A stretch of DNA of 64,000 bases from an uncultured virus (IMG/VR IMGVR_UViG_3300046519_000252) (IMGVR_UViG_3300046519_000252); one strand, 5' to 3'. Shown: positions 9,550 to 19,589, counted from the first letter of the stretch. Numbers and translations are program-made. Notes: generated by a model not told the origin, from the letters alone.

Positions 9550-9675
9550 CAGGCACCCGAGGTACGCATGGCCTCCACCCGCCCATACAGAATCCGCAAC
9601 CGCCAGTAGGGACCTTCCAACGCCGGAGGTCCCTACTGGTCTATACAGGCGGTCCTTCGCCGTCCGGGAGTAACC

Positions 9676-11679
9676 ATGCAAACCACAGCACCCGTACAGC
9701 ACCGGGTCCAGATCCTCCCCTCTCAGCTTCCCGCCGGGCTCACCACACCGGTCGCCTTCGACTTCGAGACCTCCGCCTTGTATTTCGACGAGGGCGGCAT
9801 CGCTACCGCGTCCGTCGCCTGGTTTGAGAACAACATCGAGGACGCGGACCACATTCGCACCGCCGCGTTCCCCTTCGCCCAAGGAGAGGAAGGCAAGCCG
9901 GACTGGAACGGCCAAGAGGCTCTGTTCGGCAGTGCCGAGGACACCAACCTCCCCCTTGAGGAGTGGAAGGCTCTCACCGCGTGGCTCAGCCAGCAGCGGC
10001 TGATCGCCCACAACGCCCAGTTCGATGTGATCATGGCCGCCGGTGGGGTCATGTCCTACCGGTGGGGCAACGGATACGGCATCGACCTGTCCGAACAGCT
10101 GTACTGGGACACCATGTTGGCGAACTACGTACTGTGGCCCCGGCACCCTCTCGGCCTCAAAGAGACCGCTGACCGGCTGTGGCCGGGCGAAGGCCAGAAA
10201 GACTCTCAGGAGCGGCTCAAGCAGCACCTGAAGAACCAGAAGAAGAAGCGCGGCAACAAGGGCGGCGTCCGCTACGACCTGGCCAACTGGGAGGTCATGG
10301 AGCAGTACGCCGACGACGATGCGCACAAGGCCCTCCGGCTGTACCTCGTACAGAAGAAAGAGTTCAAGGCCCCCGACCACCCGCAGTACCACCACCTCAA
10401 AGCCACTCAGCTGCCCGTCCTGCGGCTCCTGGTGGAAGAAGAGAAGCGGGGCATGCCCTACGCCGTGGAAGCCTCCCGTGCAGCCGCACAGCGCATCGAA
10501 CCAGTCAAGCAGAAGCTAGCCAGCCAGCTTCCCTTCCTGCCCACCGGAGACCACGCCAAGAACTACTTCTACGGCGACGCGGATCAGACGAACGTCCGGG
10601 GCCACAAGTCCTTGGGGCTGTCTCCCGCTTACCGCAGCCCGAAAACCGGAGAACCCTCCCTCAACTCCGAAGCGCTCCGGGAACTGGCCGAGCAGGAAGT
10701 TCCGTGGGCGCAAGAGTGGCAGACGTACACCCTGCTGGACCGCGCCCAGTCGATGTACTACAACGGGTGGGCCGACAAGTGCGGGCCGGACAACAGGATC
10801 CGCGCGCGGATCCGGCAGGTGGGCACCGTCTCCACCCGGTTCAGCATCGAGCGGGCCAACCTCCAGGCCATTCCTCACGGACGCAAGCTGGAAGGCCTCG
10901 CCTTCGTGGGACTGAGCGACCTGCCCACCCCGCGCGCGCTGATCCGGCAGCAGGTGGTCGACACCATGCCCGGCTGGGTCCTCATGGAGTACGACCTGTC
11001 GCAGGCAGAGTTGCGCCTCGGGGCCTTGCTGTCCAACTGCAAGAAGATGCTGGAGGCGTATTTCAACGACGTCGACCTGCACACGTTCACCGCTGAGCAG
11101 CTCGGAACACCCCGGCAGGTGGGCAAGGTCGCGAACCTGTCACTGGAGTACGGCGCCGGACCGACGACGCTCGGGAACATGATGGTCAAGATGACCGGCG
11201 GCATGGTCAAGATGCAGCCCTGGGAGCTGAAGGAGGTCCATGCGGGCTTCCACCGGACGTACCCGGAGCTGAATCAGGCCATCGAGCGGTGGGACAACTT
11301 CGCCCGCCGCAACAAGTTCGTCCCGCTGATCGGCGGTCAGAACCGGTATATCCGTTTTGGTGAAGATACCCGTTTGGCCTGGAATCAGCACGTACAGGGC
11401 AGTTTGGGCCAGTACATGCTGCACTGGCTGCTGGAAATCGAGGGCATCGGACACCGGCTGGGCGTGCACAAGCGGGCCAAGCAGGACGGTATTGGCGGGG
11501 CCGGGCTGCTCATGGAAGTCCACGACTCGGCAATCAACCTGATCCCGGCAGACCTGGAAGAAGAGTTCTCGTACCTGGTCAAGAAGGCAGGCGTGGACTT
11601 GTGGCGCGACTACTTCGGCTACATCAACGGAGGTGTCCCCATGAAGGTGGACGGCAAGCCGTTCGCAGAAGGAGAATGA
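9676..11679 (+). CDS. family A DNA polymerase with 3'-5' exonuclease
   Basis: FDFETS, AHNAQFD, YADDDA exonuclease motifs; YDLSQAELR (motif A), RQVGKVANLSLEYG (motif B), VHDS (motif C). Confidence 0.95.
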   Translation: MQTTAPVQHRVQILPSQLPAGLTTPVAFDFETSALYFDEGGIATASVAWFENNIEDADHIRTAAFPFAQGEEGKPDWNGQEALFGSAEDTNLPLEEWKALTAWLSQQRLIAHNAQFDVIMAAGGVMSYRWGNGYGIDLSEQLYWDTMLANYVLWPRHPLGLKETADRLWPGEGQKDSQERLKQHLKNQKKKRGNKGGVRYDLANWEVMEQYADDDAHKALRLYLVQKKEFKAPDHPQYHHLKATQLPVLRLLVEEEKRGMPYAVEASRAAAQRIEPVKQKLASQLPFLPTGDHAKNYFYGDADQTNVRGHKSLGLSPAYRSPKTGEPSLNSEALRELAEQEVPWAQEWQTYTLLDRAQSMYYNGWADKCGPDNRIRARIRQVGTVSTRFSIERANLQAIPHGRKLEGLAFVGLSDLPTPRALIRQQVVDTMPGWVLMEYDLSQAELRLGALLSNCKKMLEAYFNDVDLHTFTAEQLGTPRQVGKVANLSLEYGAGPTTLGNMMVKMTGGMVKMQPWELKEVHAGFHRTYPELNQAIERWDNFARRNKFVPLIGGQNRYIRFGEDTRLAWNQHVQGSLGQYMLHWLLEIEGIGHRLGVHKRAKQDGIGGAGLLMEVHDSAINLIPADLEEEFSYLVKKAGVDLWRDYFGYINGGVPMKVDGKPFAEGE

Positions 11680-11683
11680 TCAG

Positions 11684-12250
11684 ATGAGCCCTAAGTTAGG
11701 TGGCGATTCTCCCCGCCCGGGGCGCCCCTCCAGAGAACAAGTGGTGGCCCGTACGCAGGCGATGCAGCTACGCCGCCGCATCCTGGACGAGAACGCCTTC
11801 GGTGGTGGGTTCGATGTGCCCGAGGACATCACGCCGACCGAGGCAGCCATCGAGGCGTTCCGGCGGTCTCTGGCGATGGTCCGCTGGATCGAGTCTCAGA
11901 TGGCGCAGTGGGCCCCGAACTTGCTCCCGCTGACTGAGAACAACTTCGATGACAAGGGCGCGCTCCAGTCCATGCCCTCGCATGAGGCGGCGTGGCTGGA
12001 CCTGTGGATGCAGGAGCGGCGGGAGCTGCGGGAAGCTATCAAGCTCTGTCACACGATCGGCGTGGAGGAGCGGCAGCTTTCGTTGCAGGAACAGCAGGCT
12101 GACGCGATGTTCAGCATCCTGGAGCGGATGATCGATGCGCTCGGGTTGTCGGAGGACCAGCGGCGCCGCGTTCCCGAACTCATGCCGGAGATCATTCGCA
12201 CGGTGGCGATGCCGTCGTTCGGGGGAACGGTCCACACCCCGCAGCTGTAA
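11684..12250 (+). CDS. putative terminase small subunit-like helical protein
   Basis: PTEA..VRW..WLDLWMQERREL..GVEERQLSLQEQQA..LGLSEDQ resembles actinophage TerS-like proteins from memory; TTA at codon 5. Confidence 0.5.
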   Translation: MSPKLGGDSPRPGRPSREQVVARTQAMQLRRRILDENAFGGGFDVPEDITPTEAAIEAFRRSLAMVRWIESQMAQWAPNLLPLTENNFDDKGALQSMPSHEAAWLDLWMQERRELREAIKLCHTIGVEERQLSLQEQQADAMFSILERMIDALGLSEDQRRRVPELMPEIIRTVAMPSFGGTVHTPQL

Positions 12251-12264
12251 GTGCTAGGGTAGAT

Positions 12265-12370
12265 GCAGCGCATCACCGGCGCGGTCCCGCCAAGCCGCTT
12301 CAAGCGGCGACGCGGCCGGACCAAAGGTGCAAATGCCCGCTCCCTTCCCAGACCTGGGGGAGCGGGCGTT
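12265..12370 (+). ncRNA. candidate small structured RNA
   Basis: box promoter at 12255, nested stems (GGTCC/GGACC, GCCGCT/AGCGGC), then hairpin GCCCGCTCCC/GGGAGCGGGC. Confidence 0.35.
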
Positions 12371-12471
12371 CTGCTGTCTCGGACCGTAGTAGGGTCAGCA
12401 CTGTTGCAGTTGATTTGGAGTGTGTTGGTCGGGTCCGACACAGCCGCGCGCGGGGTGGTGCCCACGCACAA

Positions 12472-12891
12472 GAGCCCCCGCTCTCACTAGGAGAGCGGGG
12501 GCTCAAGGCTGTGTGTTCCCGGGAGCCTCTGCCCCGCTTCGCTGATAGGCCCCTGAGCGGACCGTCGATTGCGGGAGGGATTGCGGTTACCCGCGCCCGG
12601 CTTGATCCCGGCGAACACTGCGGTACAGCCTAGCCGAAGCCAGGTCACCCCTGTACCGCATACCTTCCCGACCAGACAGCTCGTGTGATCGGGAAGGAGT
12701 AACGGAGTCAGCGCTGTTGTATCTGGGCTTCGCGCTGGTCCTGTCCAATCCGGGTGAGTTACGCCAGACCCGGATCACGCTGAAACCCGCTCGGCTAACG
12801 CACCGACTGTTCTCGGGGGCCAAGGTTTCCCAGGGCAGACGAGCGGGTTTGTTGCAGGCTTCCCCGCAGATAAGTCCGGTCGCGGCCTGCG
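12472..12891 (-). ncRNA. candidate ~420-nt multi-hairpin ncRNA
   Basis: minus-strand TGCTAGAGT -10 at 12898-12906, five consecutive stems, 14-bp terminal hairpin at 12472-12504, no convincing ORF. Confidence 0.45.
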
Positions 12892-12950
12892 GTACGCACT
12901 CTAGCACCAAACGAGGGGGAGTCCTAGCACTTCCCTGCTAGGGTAGATCT

Positions 12951-13151
12951 ATGACGAAGCGACCGATCATCCGCTGGGAACGCAAGACCCGCCCCGGCAG
13001 CATCTACGGACCGTTCACGGTGTTCCGCGCCAGCAAGACCGGCGGGCCACTGCTCAAGGAGGAGGCCCACGGCATCAAGGACGTCAACGGGTTCATGATC
13101 CAGACGAAGACCCGCAAGCTCCTGGTGGAGTTTCGGCGCCGGGGCAACTAA
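12951..13151 (+). CDS. small basic hypothetical protein, probably leaderless
   Basis: ATG 6 nt after TAGGGT. Confidence 0.7.
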   Translation: MTKRPIIRWERKTRPGSIYGPFTVFRASKTGGPLLKEEAHGIKDVNGFMIQTKTRKLLVEFRRRGN

Positions 13152-13235
13152 CGCATCGGGGGAGGCTTGCAATCCTCCCCCGATCTGCTAGGGTAGATAT
13201 ATCAAGTCCCGGACACCGCCCCCGAGGAGACCGCC

Positions 13236-13538
13236 GTGAAGCACCGTAAGCCGAGCATCAGCCTGTTCGAAACGGAAGACCACATCTTCCAGCGAATCAG
13301 CAACACGGCGTGGGCGTATGGGACCGCCGACCAGCTGTTCGAGGGCGATTACGTCCTCACCTCGGAGCAGTATTACGAGTACCTGGACGGCCAGTACGAA
13401 TGGGAGCCGGAGCAGCACGTGGCCCGCAACTTCGGGGACTGTGGCGCCCCCATCACCGGCACCGGGGACTACGAGCAGATGATGGCCGAGGAAGCCCGAG
13501 CACACTTTTACGGCGCCCCCAACCCCTACCTGATCTGA
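13236..13538 (+). CDS. hypothetical protein
   Basis: box promoter plus GAGGAG RBS. Confidence 0.75.
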   Translation: MKHRKPSISLFETEDHIFQRISNTAWAYGTADQLFEGDYVLTSEQYYEYLDGQYEWEPEQHVARNFGDCGAPITGTGDYEQMMAEEARAHFYGAPNPYLI

Positions 13539-13547
13539 GGAGAATCC

Positions 13548-13778
13548 GTGCCCAACGACTACGCCAACGCCTCTGGCGAGGTCTCCGAGGACTACTACGA
13601 CATCGCCACCTGGAACAACCGGGAACACGAGTGGGAGTTGAACGGCTACTTCCTCACCCTGGAAGAGGGCCGCAAGCGTCTGGCCGCCAAGCGCGGCAGC
13701 ATCCGAACTACCAAGCGCAACGCGGATTTCCGCCTGGTCCGGGTCCAGGCCACCACCACCCTCACCGAAGTCGACTAG
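13548..13778 (+). CDS. hypothetical protein
   Basis: GAGGAG RBS. Confidence 0.75.
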   Translation: MPNDYANASGEVSEDYYDIATWNNREHEWELNGYFLTLEEGRKRLAAKRGSIRTTKRNADFRLVRVQATTTLTEVD

Positions 13779-13786
13779 GAGACGTC

Positions 13787-14131
13787 ATGACCGAGAACCC
13801 CACCGCCCCCGTATTCACCCCCGACGAGCGAGAGGCCAAGCTGCCCGTGTGGGTCCGGCAGGAGCTTCAGAACCTCCGGAACACCGTGCGCGATCTGCAC
13901 AACCAGGTGCAGGCAGTCAAGGGGGAACATGCGGGCAGCAACGTCCAGATGCTCGACAAGGCCGGGCTCGGAAGCACCCCTCTGCCGAAGGGCTCCATGG
14001 TCAAGTTCGATTCCAACTGGGGCGGTATCACGGTTCACCACGACACAGACGGCCGGGTGCGTATCCAGGGCGACAACACCCTGTTGATCCGGCTGAACGC
14101 AGGCAACGCCCTCACTGTCGAACTGGAGTAG
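13787..14131 (+). CDS. hypothetical actinophage-type protein
   Basis: AGGAG RBS; REAKLPVWVRQEL motif. Confidence 0.75.
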   Translation: MTENPTAPVFTPDEREAKLPVWVRQELQNLRNTVRDLHNQVQAVKGEHAGSNVQMLDKAGLGSTPLPKGSMVKFDSNWGGITVHHDTDGRVRIQGDNTLLIRLNAGNALTVELE

Positions 14132-14234
14132 CCCCGCTCACCTCGCCTAATCGTCCCGCCTGGATCCCCAGGCGGGACTTTTTGCGTGTGTGCCCGAGTG
14201 TTAGGATCAGTGGTAGGCAACATCGGGAGGGCTC

Positions 14235-14612
14235 ATGTGCCGCCACCAGCGGTTTCTTGAACTTGCAGCACGTAATGCAGCGCTCTCAAACTGCCAGTTC
14301 AAGCACGGCTCACTGATAGTGCGAGGCGGAGCCGTCCTGTCCAGCTCCCCCAACCGGCACCGCAACCCCCCGGCGATCGATTACCTCGGGTCTTCCGTGC
14401 ACGCAGAGGTCGCCGCGTTACGCCGCGCCAACGCCGCCGGAGCAACCCTCTACGTCGTTCGTCTCGCCCCGTCCGGACTGGCCCTCAGCCGTCCCTGCCC
14501 CCGTTGCTGGACGGCTATCGAGCGGTCTGGCGTGAAATCGGTCGTGTACTCCACGGGCTCCGGATACGAGGTCGAACGCGTCACGGCCCAGTCTCCCTTG
14601 ATCGCCTGCTAG
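14235..14612 (+). CDS. cytidine/dCMP deaminase-family protein
   Basis: KHGSLIV, HAEVAAL, SRPCPRC zinc motifs; TTA at 14418. Confidence 0.88.
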   Translation: MCRHQRFLELAARNAALSNCQFKHGSLIVRGGAVLSSSPNRHRNPPAIDYLGSSVHAEVAALRRANAAGATLYVVRLAPSGLALSRPCPRCWTAIERSGVKSVVYSTGSGYEVERVTAQSPLIAC

Positions 14613-14620
14613 GAGGTCCC

Positions 14621-14878
14621 ATGAGCCCCTTTGAATCGGCTCCTCTCCCGGAGATACCCACGACCCTTGCGAGCCTGTCAAAGGCCGTCCAGGGGCATTA
14701 CAAGGAGCACCCTGCCCACACTGCGGGATGTACCTGCCTGGACCCGATGATCATTGCGATTGCGCGCGATTTGCTGCCTCGTGACGGGGAGGGCTACTGG
14801 CGTCAGGCTGCGGTGGGCAGTGACCGGACCCGGGACGGTCTGGCGCATGTCCTCACTGAGATCGCCAGGAGGCTCTAG
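14621..14878 (+). CDS. hypothetical protein
   Basis: AGGAGG RBS before ATG 14621. Confidence 0.6.
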   Translation: MSPFESAPLPEIPTTLASLSKAVQGHYKEHPAHTAGCTCLDPMIIAIARDLLPRDGEGYWRQAAVGSDRTRDGLAHVLTEIARRL

Positions 14879-15213
14879 CTGTGGCCTGGGTGCACCCCGC
14901 TCTGTCGTCTGAGCGCTTGGAGATGCTCCGTTTCTGGGCGCTGCGGTCGGCGGAGCAGTCCCGGGAGTTCGGGGAGCCGGAGGCCGAGTGGTCGAGCTAT
15001 CTGGATACGGCAGACCGGGCTGCGGACCTACTGGACCAGCGGGCGCATTGTCACCATACCTCCCGTTATGCGGGTTGCGCTGCGTTGCGAATGCGAGCTT
15101 CGGAAGAAAATCGCAAAGCAAGAGACAGCTGCTTTTTCCCTTTGTGCTTAATTTCGGCCAGAAGAAATCGACCTGGTCATATCCGGTTTCATTTCGACAA
15201 ATAGGAGAGTCCA

Positions 15214-15396
15214 GTGCCTACGTACGCGTACAAGTGTTCGAATGACGAGTGTCACGCGACCCACGACCTCACAACGTCCATGGAGCAGCGGGGCACCTGG
15301 CAGGGGAAGACGTGTCCCACCTGCGGAGACGGCACTCTCCGTAGGCTCTTCACTCCTTATCGCATTCTTAACGCAGGACTCGGAGACATCATCTGA
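15214..15396 (+). CDS. FmdB-type zinc ribbon protein
   Basis: MPTYAYKCxxxxC..CPTCG..LRRLF. Confidence 0.8.
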   Translation: MPTYAYKCSNDECHATHDLTTSMEQRGTWQGKTCPTCGDGTLRRLFTPYRILNAGLGDII

Positions 15397-15738
15397 CGCA
15401 AGGTGTCGTACAACTCTCAACGGGCAGGATTCGGTTGCGAGTTATCGCGCAGGTGCCGTATGTTCCCTGTTACGCGCTAGTAGGAGCAGGTGGCCGTAAA
15501 CGGCGGTCACTGCGTACTAGCAATAGATTCGGGTGGTAGAGTTCGTTAAGGTTTAGTGTAGAGACATAGGCCACTCGATTCGACCCGAGACAACCTGAGT
15601 GGCGCGAACATGGCAAAACGTTAGTAAAGTAGTACTTATCGGACATGCGTCCCGTAACCTGGTTGAAGGACGCGGACCGATCGTTTTGGCATGCGTGCGA
15701 CAAGCACGACCCAACCCACACCCAGGAGACGTAAGAGC

Positions 15739-16116
15739 ATGCAGACAGAACGAGACAGCCATCTTTCGCCCGAGACTCTGGGCGCCCTCGCTACAGGAGA
15801 AACCACGCTGCGGGCGGTGGACCGGGCTCGCAAGCGGGATGAGGTGCAGACCTACTTCGACAACCTCGTTACCGAGGCGTACCAGAAGTGGGTAGAAGCA
15901 GGAAAGCCAACAATCCGGCGCGAGCGCCCCGCGCTACGCGTGGACGCCCCCTCACGGGAGCTGGCACAGGAGGTGTGGAAGCGGCTCCGTGCGTCTGCCG
16001 TTCACCTCAACGTCGGTATTTCGCTGGACCCCGTGCATCGCCTCGCGGAGGACAAGTGGCGCGTCGCATTCTCCGCACAAGACATGCGGCCCCGGAAGAC
16101 TACCCGGGCGCGTTAG
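15739..16116 (+). CDS. hypothetical protein
   Basis: AGGAG upstream; GC-rich third codon positions. Confidence 0.55.
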   Translation: MQTERDSHLSPETLGALATGETTLRAVDRARKRDEVQTYFDNLVTEAYQKWVEAGKPTIRRERPALRVDAPSRELAQEVWKRLRASAVHLNVGISLDPVHRLAEDKWRVAFSAQDMRPRKTTRAR

Positions 16117-16652
16117 GCCAGTTGCTAGGGGGACAGGGGCAAAGCGGAGTAATGTGTTCTTCACAAGGTCTCCACTCGGGGGGACGGTGACGGCGGATCG
16201 CCGTTTTTGCGCCAGGAGTCGTCTATGCCCGTTTTTACTGCCCTCATGTCATCCGCATTCGGGCCGCAAGACCCTTTCAATGCACTTGTCCGGAATGACC
16301 GGACTGAGGATGACAAAAATGTCCGGGTTCTCCCGGTGTGGGTGGCGGAAACACTGGAGCGGGACCTCCAGTTCCGTCAGATAGTGCTGTAACGGCAAGA
16401 CAGTGGCCCCGGAGAAGCCGACATCTCCGGGGCCTGTTTTATGGGTAGATATAACGTAAGGTTACACGCGGTAACCCCGGCGCTTGCAGTCTCTGCCGCA
16501 GAGACTGCGTGAGACGATCCCCACAGAAAAAGTCCCGTGGTTCGTACAACCTTCACGGTTGTTACAGAACCGCGATACACAGGAACCTCTCACCTACTCG
16601 TGATGCCTGCTTTACCCGACTTGCTAGCGATCCCGGCGATACTTAGCTGTTT

Positions 16653-17543
16653 ATGAACGCTGCAAGGAAGGTTGCTTCAATGCTCCCGTTAGGGCGGTTA
16701 CATGCTCAGCCCGGACGTCCGCAGCTACGTCTAGCGGACTATCTCACCGGCTCTCTCCCCTCACCTCCGGCCTCCGTCGACTGGTACAGCAAGGTCAAGT
16801 CGTGGCCTATGTACGGGAATGATCAGGTGGGCGACTGCACTTGTGCGGCCGTGGGGCACCTGCTTCAGGGCTGGACGGCATACAGCACCGGCACCGCGTT
16901 CACGGTTGCCGACAGCTATGTCCTTGGCCTCTACGAGGACGTCACCGGGTACACCCCGAACGACCCCTCGACGGACCAGGGCGCGTACATTCAGGACGTG
17001 TTGGGCTACTGGCGCAAGAACGGCGTGGCAGGTCACAAGATCACTGCCTACGCGAGCGTCAAGGTCTCCAACATGACGCTGATCAAGCAGGCCATCGACC
17101 TGTTCGGCGCCGTCGACATCGGATTCAATTTCCCCGCGTCTGCGATGACCCAGTTCCAGCAGGGCAAGCCCTGGAGCGTCGTCTCCGGAGCCAAGATCGA
17201 GGGCGGTCACTGCGTCACGGTCGTCGGCTACAAGGCCAACGGCAACCTCGTGTGCGTCACTTGGGGCGCTATCCAGGAGATGAGTCCTGCCTTCTGGACG
17301 AAGTACGTGGATGAGGCGTGGGCGATCATCACGCCTGACTGGCTCGACGCCAACGGAAACACCCCGCTGGGGATCAACCTGTACGGGCTGGGACAGGACT
17401 TCGCGGTACTCACCGGGTCCCCGAACCCGATCCCGCAGCCTTCCCCGCAGCCTACGCCGGTTCCGGTGCCTGTCGTGGATCCGGACATCCTGGCGGCGTA
17501 CCGCTCGCTCCAGGTGTGGGCAAAAGCCAACAACGTGGCCTGA
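16653..17543 (+). CDS. papain-like (C1-type) cysteine peptidase
   Basis: PPASVDW, GDCTCAAVGH (Cys), GGHCVTVVGY (His), CVTWG; two TTA codons near the start. Confidence 0.8.
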   Translation: MNAARKVASMLPLGRLHAQPGRPQLRLADYLTGSLPSPPASVDWYSKVKSWPMYGNDQVGDCTCAAVGHLLQGWTAYSTGTAFTVADSYVLGLYEDVTGYTPNDPSTDQGAYIQDVLGYWRKNGVAGHKITAYASVKVSNMTLIKQAIDLFGAVDIGFNFPASAMTQFQQGKPWSVVSGAKIEGGHCVTVVGYKANGNLVCVTWGAIQEMSPAFWTKYVDEAWAIITPDWLDANGNTPLGINLYGLGQDFAVLTGSPNPIPQPSPQPTPVPVPVVDPDILAAYRSLQVWAKANNVA

Positions 17544-17546
17544 CCG

Positions 17547-17951
17547 ATGTACGAGTACAGCGCGATCATCCGGAACGTGCACGACGGGGACAGCATCACG
17601 GTCGATTTGGATCAGGGCCTGGGGACTTGGAAGCACGGTCTGGCGCTGCGGTTGTACGGCTGCAACGCGCAGGAGCTGGGCCAGCCGGGGGGAGGAGAGG
17701 CCCGGGACAACCTGGCGGCCCTCCTTCCGGTTGGTACCCGGGTGACCGTGCGGTCCTACAAGGCGGACAGGGACCTGTCCCAGGACAAGTACGGCGGTCG
17801 CTATGACGCTGCTGTCACGCTGCCGGACGGCAGGGATCTGGTGGCTCTTCTGATCGCGCAACAGTGGGTGGCAGCATGGGATGGAAAGGGGTCTCGTCCG
17901 GTGCCTCCGTGGCCGCGCACCATTTCAACTGCGGGGCAGGGCAAGTACTGA
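17547..17951 (+). CDS. thermonuclease (SNase-like)
   Basis: VHDGDSITVDLD, LRLYGCNAQE, DKYGGRY. Confidence 0.88.
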   Translation: MYEYSAIIRNVHDGDSITVDLDQGLGTWKHGLALRLYGCNAQELGQPGGGEARDNLAALLPVGTRVTVRSYKADRDLSQDKYGGRYDAAVTLPDGRDLVALLIAQQWVAAWDGKGSRPVPPWPRTISTAGQGKY

Positions 17952-17964
17952 CACAATCAGCGGT

Positions 17965-18156
17965 ATGCCACGTGTACGCCAGTTGAGTGATGAAGAGCTG
18001 GAAGAGATCGACGCCGACAAGGAGCGCCGGGACGCCGTTGCTCTGATCCGTCGGTCGTTCTCCGGCCGGGGTGATGGCGGGGCCGGAGTGCGGGAGCGGG
18101 GCCGGGAGTTGGCCGATGCGTACCTGCGGGATATTGGTCTGCTGCCCCCGGTGTAG
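17965..18156 (+). CDS. hypothetical protein
   Basis: MPRVRQLSDEELEE.., followed by a terminator. Confidence 0.5.
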   Translation: MPRVRQLSDEELEEIDADKERRDAVALIRRSFSGRGDGGAGVRERGRELADAYLRDIGLLPPV

Positions 18157-18256
18157 GCCTCACTGAGCGGAAAGACCGGTCGCCCCCACGGCCGGTTTTT
18201 CTTTGCCCTCAGATGTGATAGGGTAGACAAAACTAACTGCCCGAGGGAGTTACGCG

Positions 18257-18520
18257 ATGAGCTGGGAAGAGCAGATGCGCGTCGCCATTCAGGAGCAGAG
18301 CACCCTCCGACGTACCGTCATATGCGAGCCCGAACACGCAGAAGAGATCCAGCGCCTCGTAACCGCGAACGGCCTGTCCGGGCTCTGGAAAGTCCGCTCT
18401 AGCTACGTCTGTCCGGCCGGGAAGATCCTTTTGATCGACGAGACCGCCTTGCGCGCTGCGATCTGGGGCAACACCCAGGATGTGCCCGACATCGCCACCT
18501 ACTCGCCGACCGAGGAGTAA
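18257..18520 (+). CDS. hypothetical protein
   Basis: box promoter at 18219, RBS. Confidence 0.7.
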   Translation: MSWEEQMRVAIQEQSTLRRTVICEPEHAEEIQRLVTANGLSGLWKVRSSYVCPAGKILLIDETALRAAIWGNTQDVPDIATYSPTEE

Positions 18521-18522
18521 CC

Positions 18523-18948
18523 GTGTCCGATCTGACCACCACTACCCTGCACACCGTCGTCCGGTGGGTCGCCTCGGACTACGACGGCGAGACTTACCAG
18601 GGCTCCTACGACGTCGTCACGAAGGATGTGGGGGCCACCATCGGAGTCGGCGTGTACAGCGGCGAGAAGCTCATCCACAGCTTCTACGCCCACACCCGGT
18701 ACGGGTTCACCGCCGCCGAGATCGCCCGAGACCTGATCGCCAACACCGTGGAACGTATCCGGGACGACATGGGCGCCAAGTCGGTAGCCGTCCAGTTTTG
18801 GCGCGTCTTCCCCACCCTCGTTCGCCAGGCCGGACACAACGAGTTGGACCCGGTCCTCCTGACCGACGCCTGCATCTGCCCCACCGACCCGGCTGAGTAC
18901 GGTTTCTGCCCTCGTTGGCAGGGCGAAGACCCGGTCTGCCGCAACTAG
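18523..18948 (+). CDS. hypothetical protein
   Basis: GAGGAG RBS, GTG start. Confidence 0.7.
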   Translation: MSDLTTTTLHTVVRWVASDYDGETYQGSYDVVTKDVGATIGVGVYSGEKLIHSFYAHTRYGFTAAEIARDLIANTVERIRDDMGAKSVAVQFWRVFPTLVRQAGHNELDPVLLTDACICPTDPAEYGFCPRWQGEDPVCRN

Positions 18949-19007
18949 CCCAAGGAGAAGTGTGCTAGGGTAGATACATCCCGAGCCACCGAGACGAAGG
19001 ACAAACC

Positions 19008-19589
19008 ATGCACAGCACCCAAGGGCCCTCCGGCCAGTGGTACCAGCACAACGGTGACTTTTCCGGCCCCATCGTCATCACGGATCTGGACACCGCGATC
19101 AACAACGAATACGGCTATCCCCGCATCGAGATCCCCTTCGAGGACATCCGCGCCATCTACCTGCGGTACGCCCGCAGCAAGATGATTTCCGAGCTGGAGC
19201 AGGCCTCCGACGACGACCTGGAAGCCGACTGGGTAGGGATCGCACAGGAACCCCGGCCGACGGTGTTCCCCAAGATTTCCCCCGTCCCCACCCCGGAAGC
19301 ACAGGAACGGGAGCAGGCGGCACGCTGGACGCGGGAGTTCCTGCGGGATTCCGAGTCCTACAAGTGGGTCAGAATCGGATCCATCTACATCCACAGTGAA
19401 CGCCCGTGGGTCCTCGCCCGCGTAGAGGAAGTTCCCGTGGACGGCAGCGTTCACTTTTCGGTATGGAATCCTCTCCAGGGGTACGACTGGCAAGGCGGTG
19501 CCGGACTGAAGTCACAGGACTCCTTCATGAGTCTCTACCCCCTCAAGTACACGGGCCCCGCCCCGGAGACCCTGCGGATCGGGGAGTAG
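19008..19589 (+). CDS. hypothetical protein
   Basis: box promoter at 18966, AAGGA RBS. Confidence 0.7.
   Translation: MHSTQGPSGQWYQHNGDFSGPIVITDLDTAINNEYGYPRIEIPFEDIRAIYLRYARSKMISELEQASDDDLEADWVGIAQEPRPTVFPKISPVPTPEAQEREQAARWTREFLRDSESYKWVRIGSIYIHSERPWVLARVEEVPVDGSVHFSVWNPLQGYDWQGGAGLKSQDSFMSLYPLKYTGPAPETLRIGE

Noticed and set aside
9187..10395. Long antisense and alternate-frame ORFs (also 3281..4342, 7594..8478, 16761..17861, 19793..20989, 43432..44463)
   Set aside because: Shadow ORFs expected in high-GC DNA. They overlap genes with clear motifs and RBSs.
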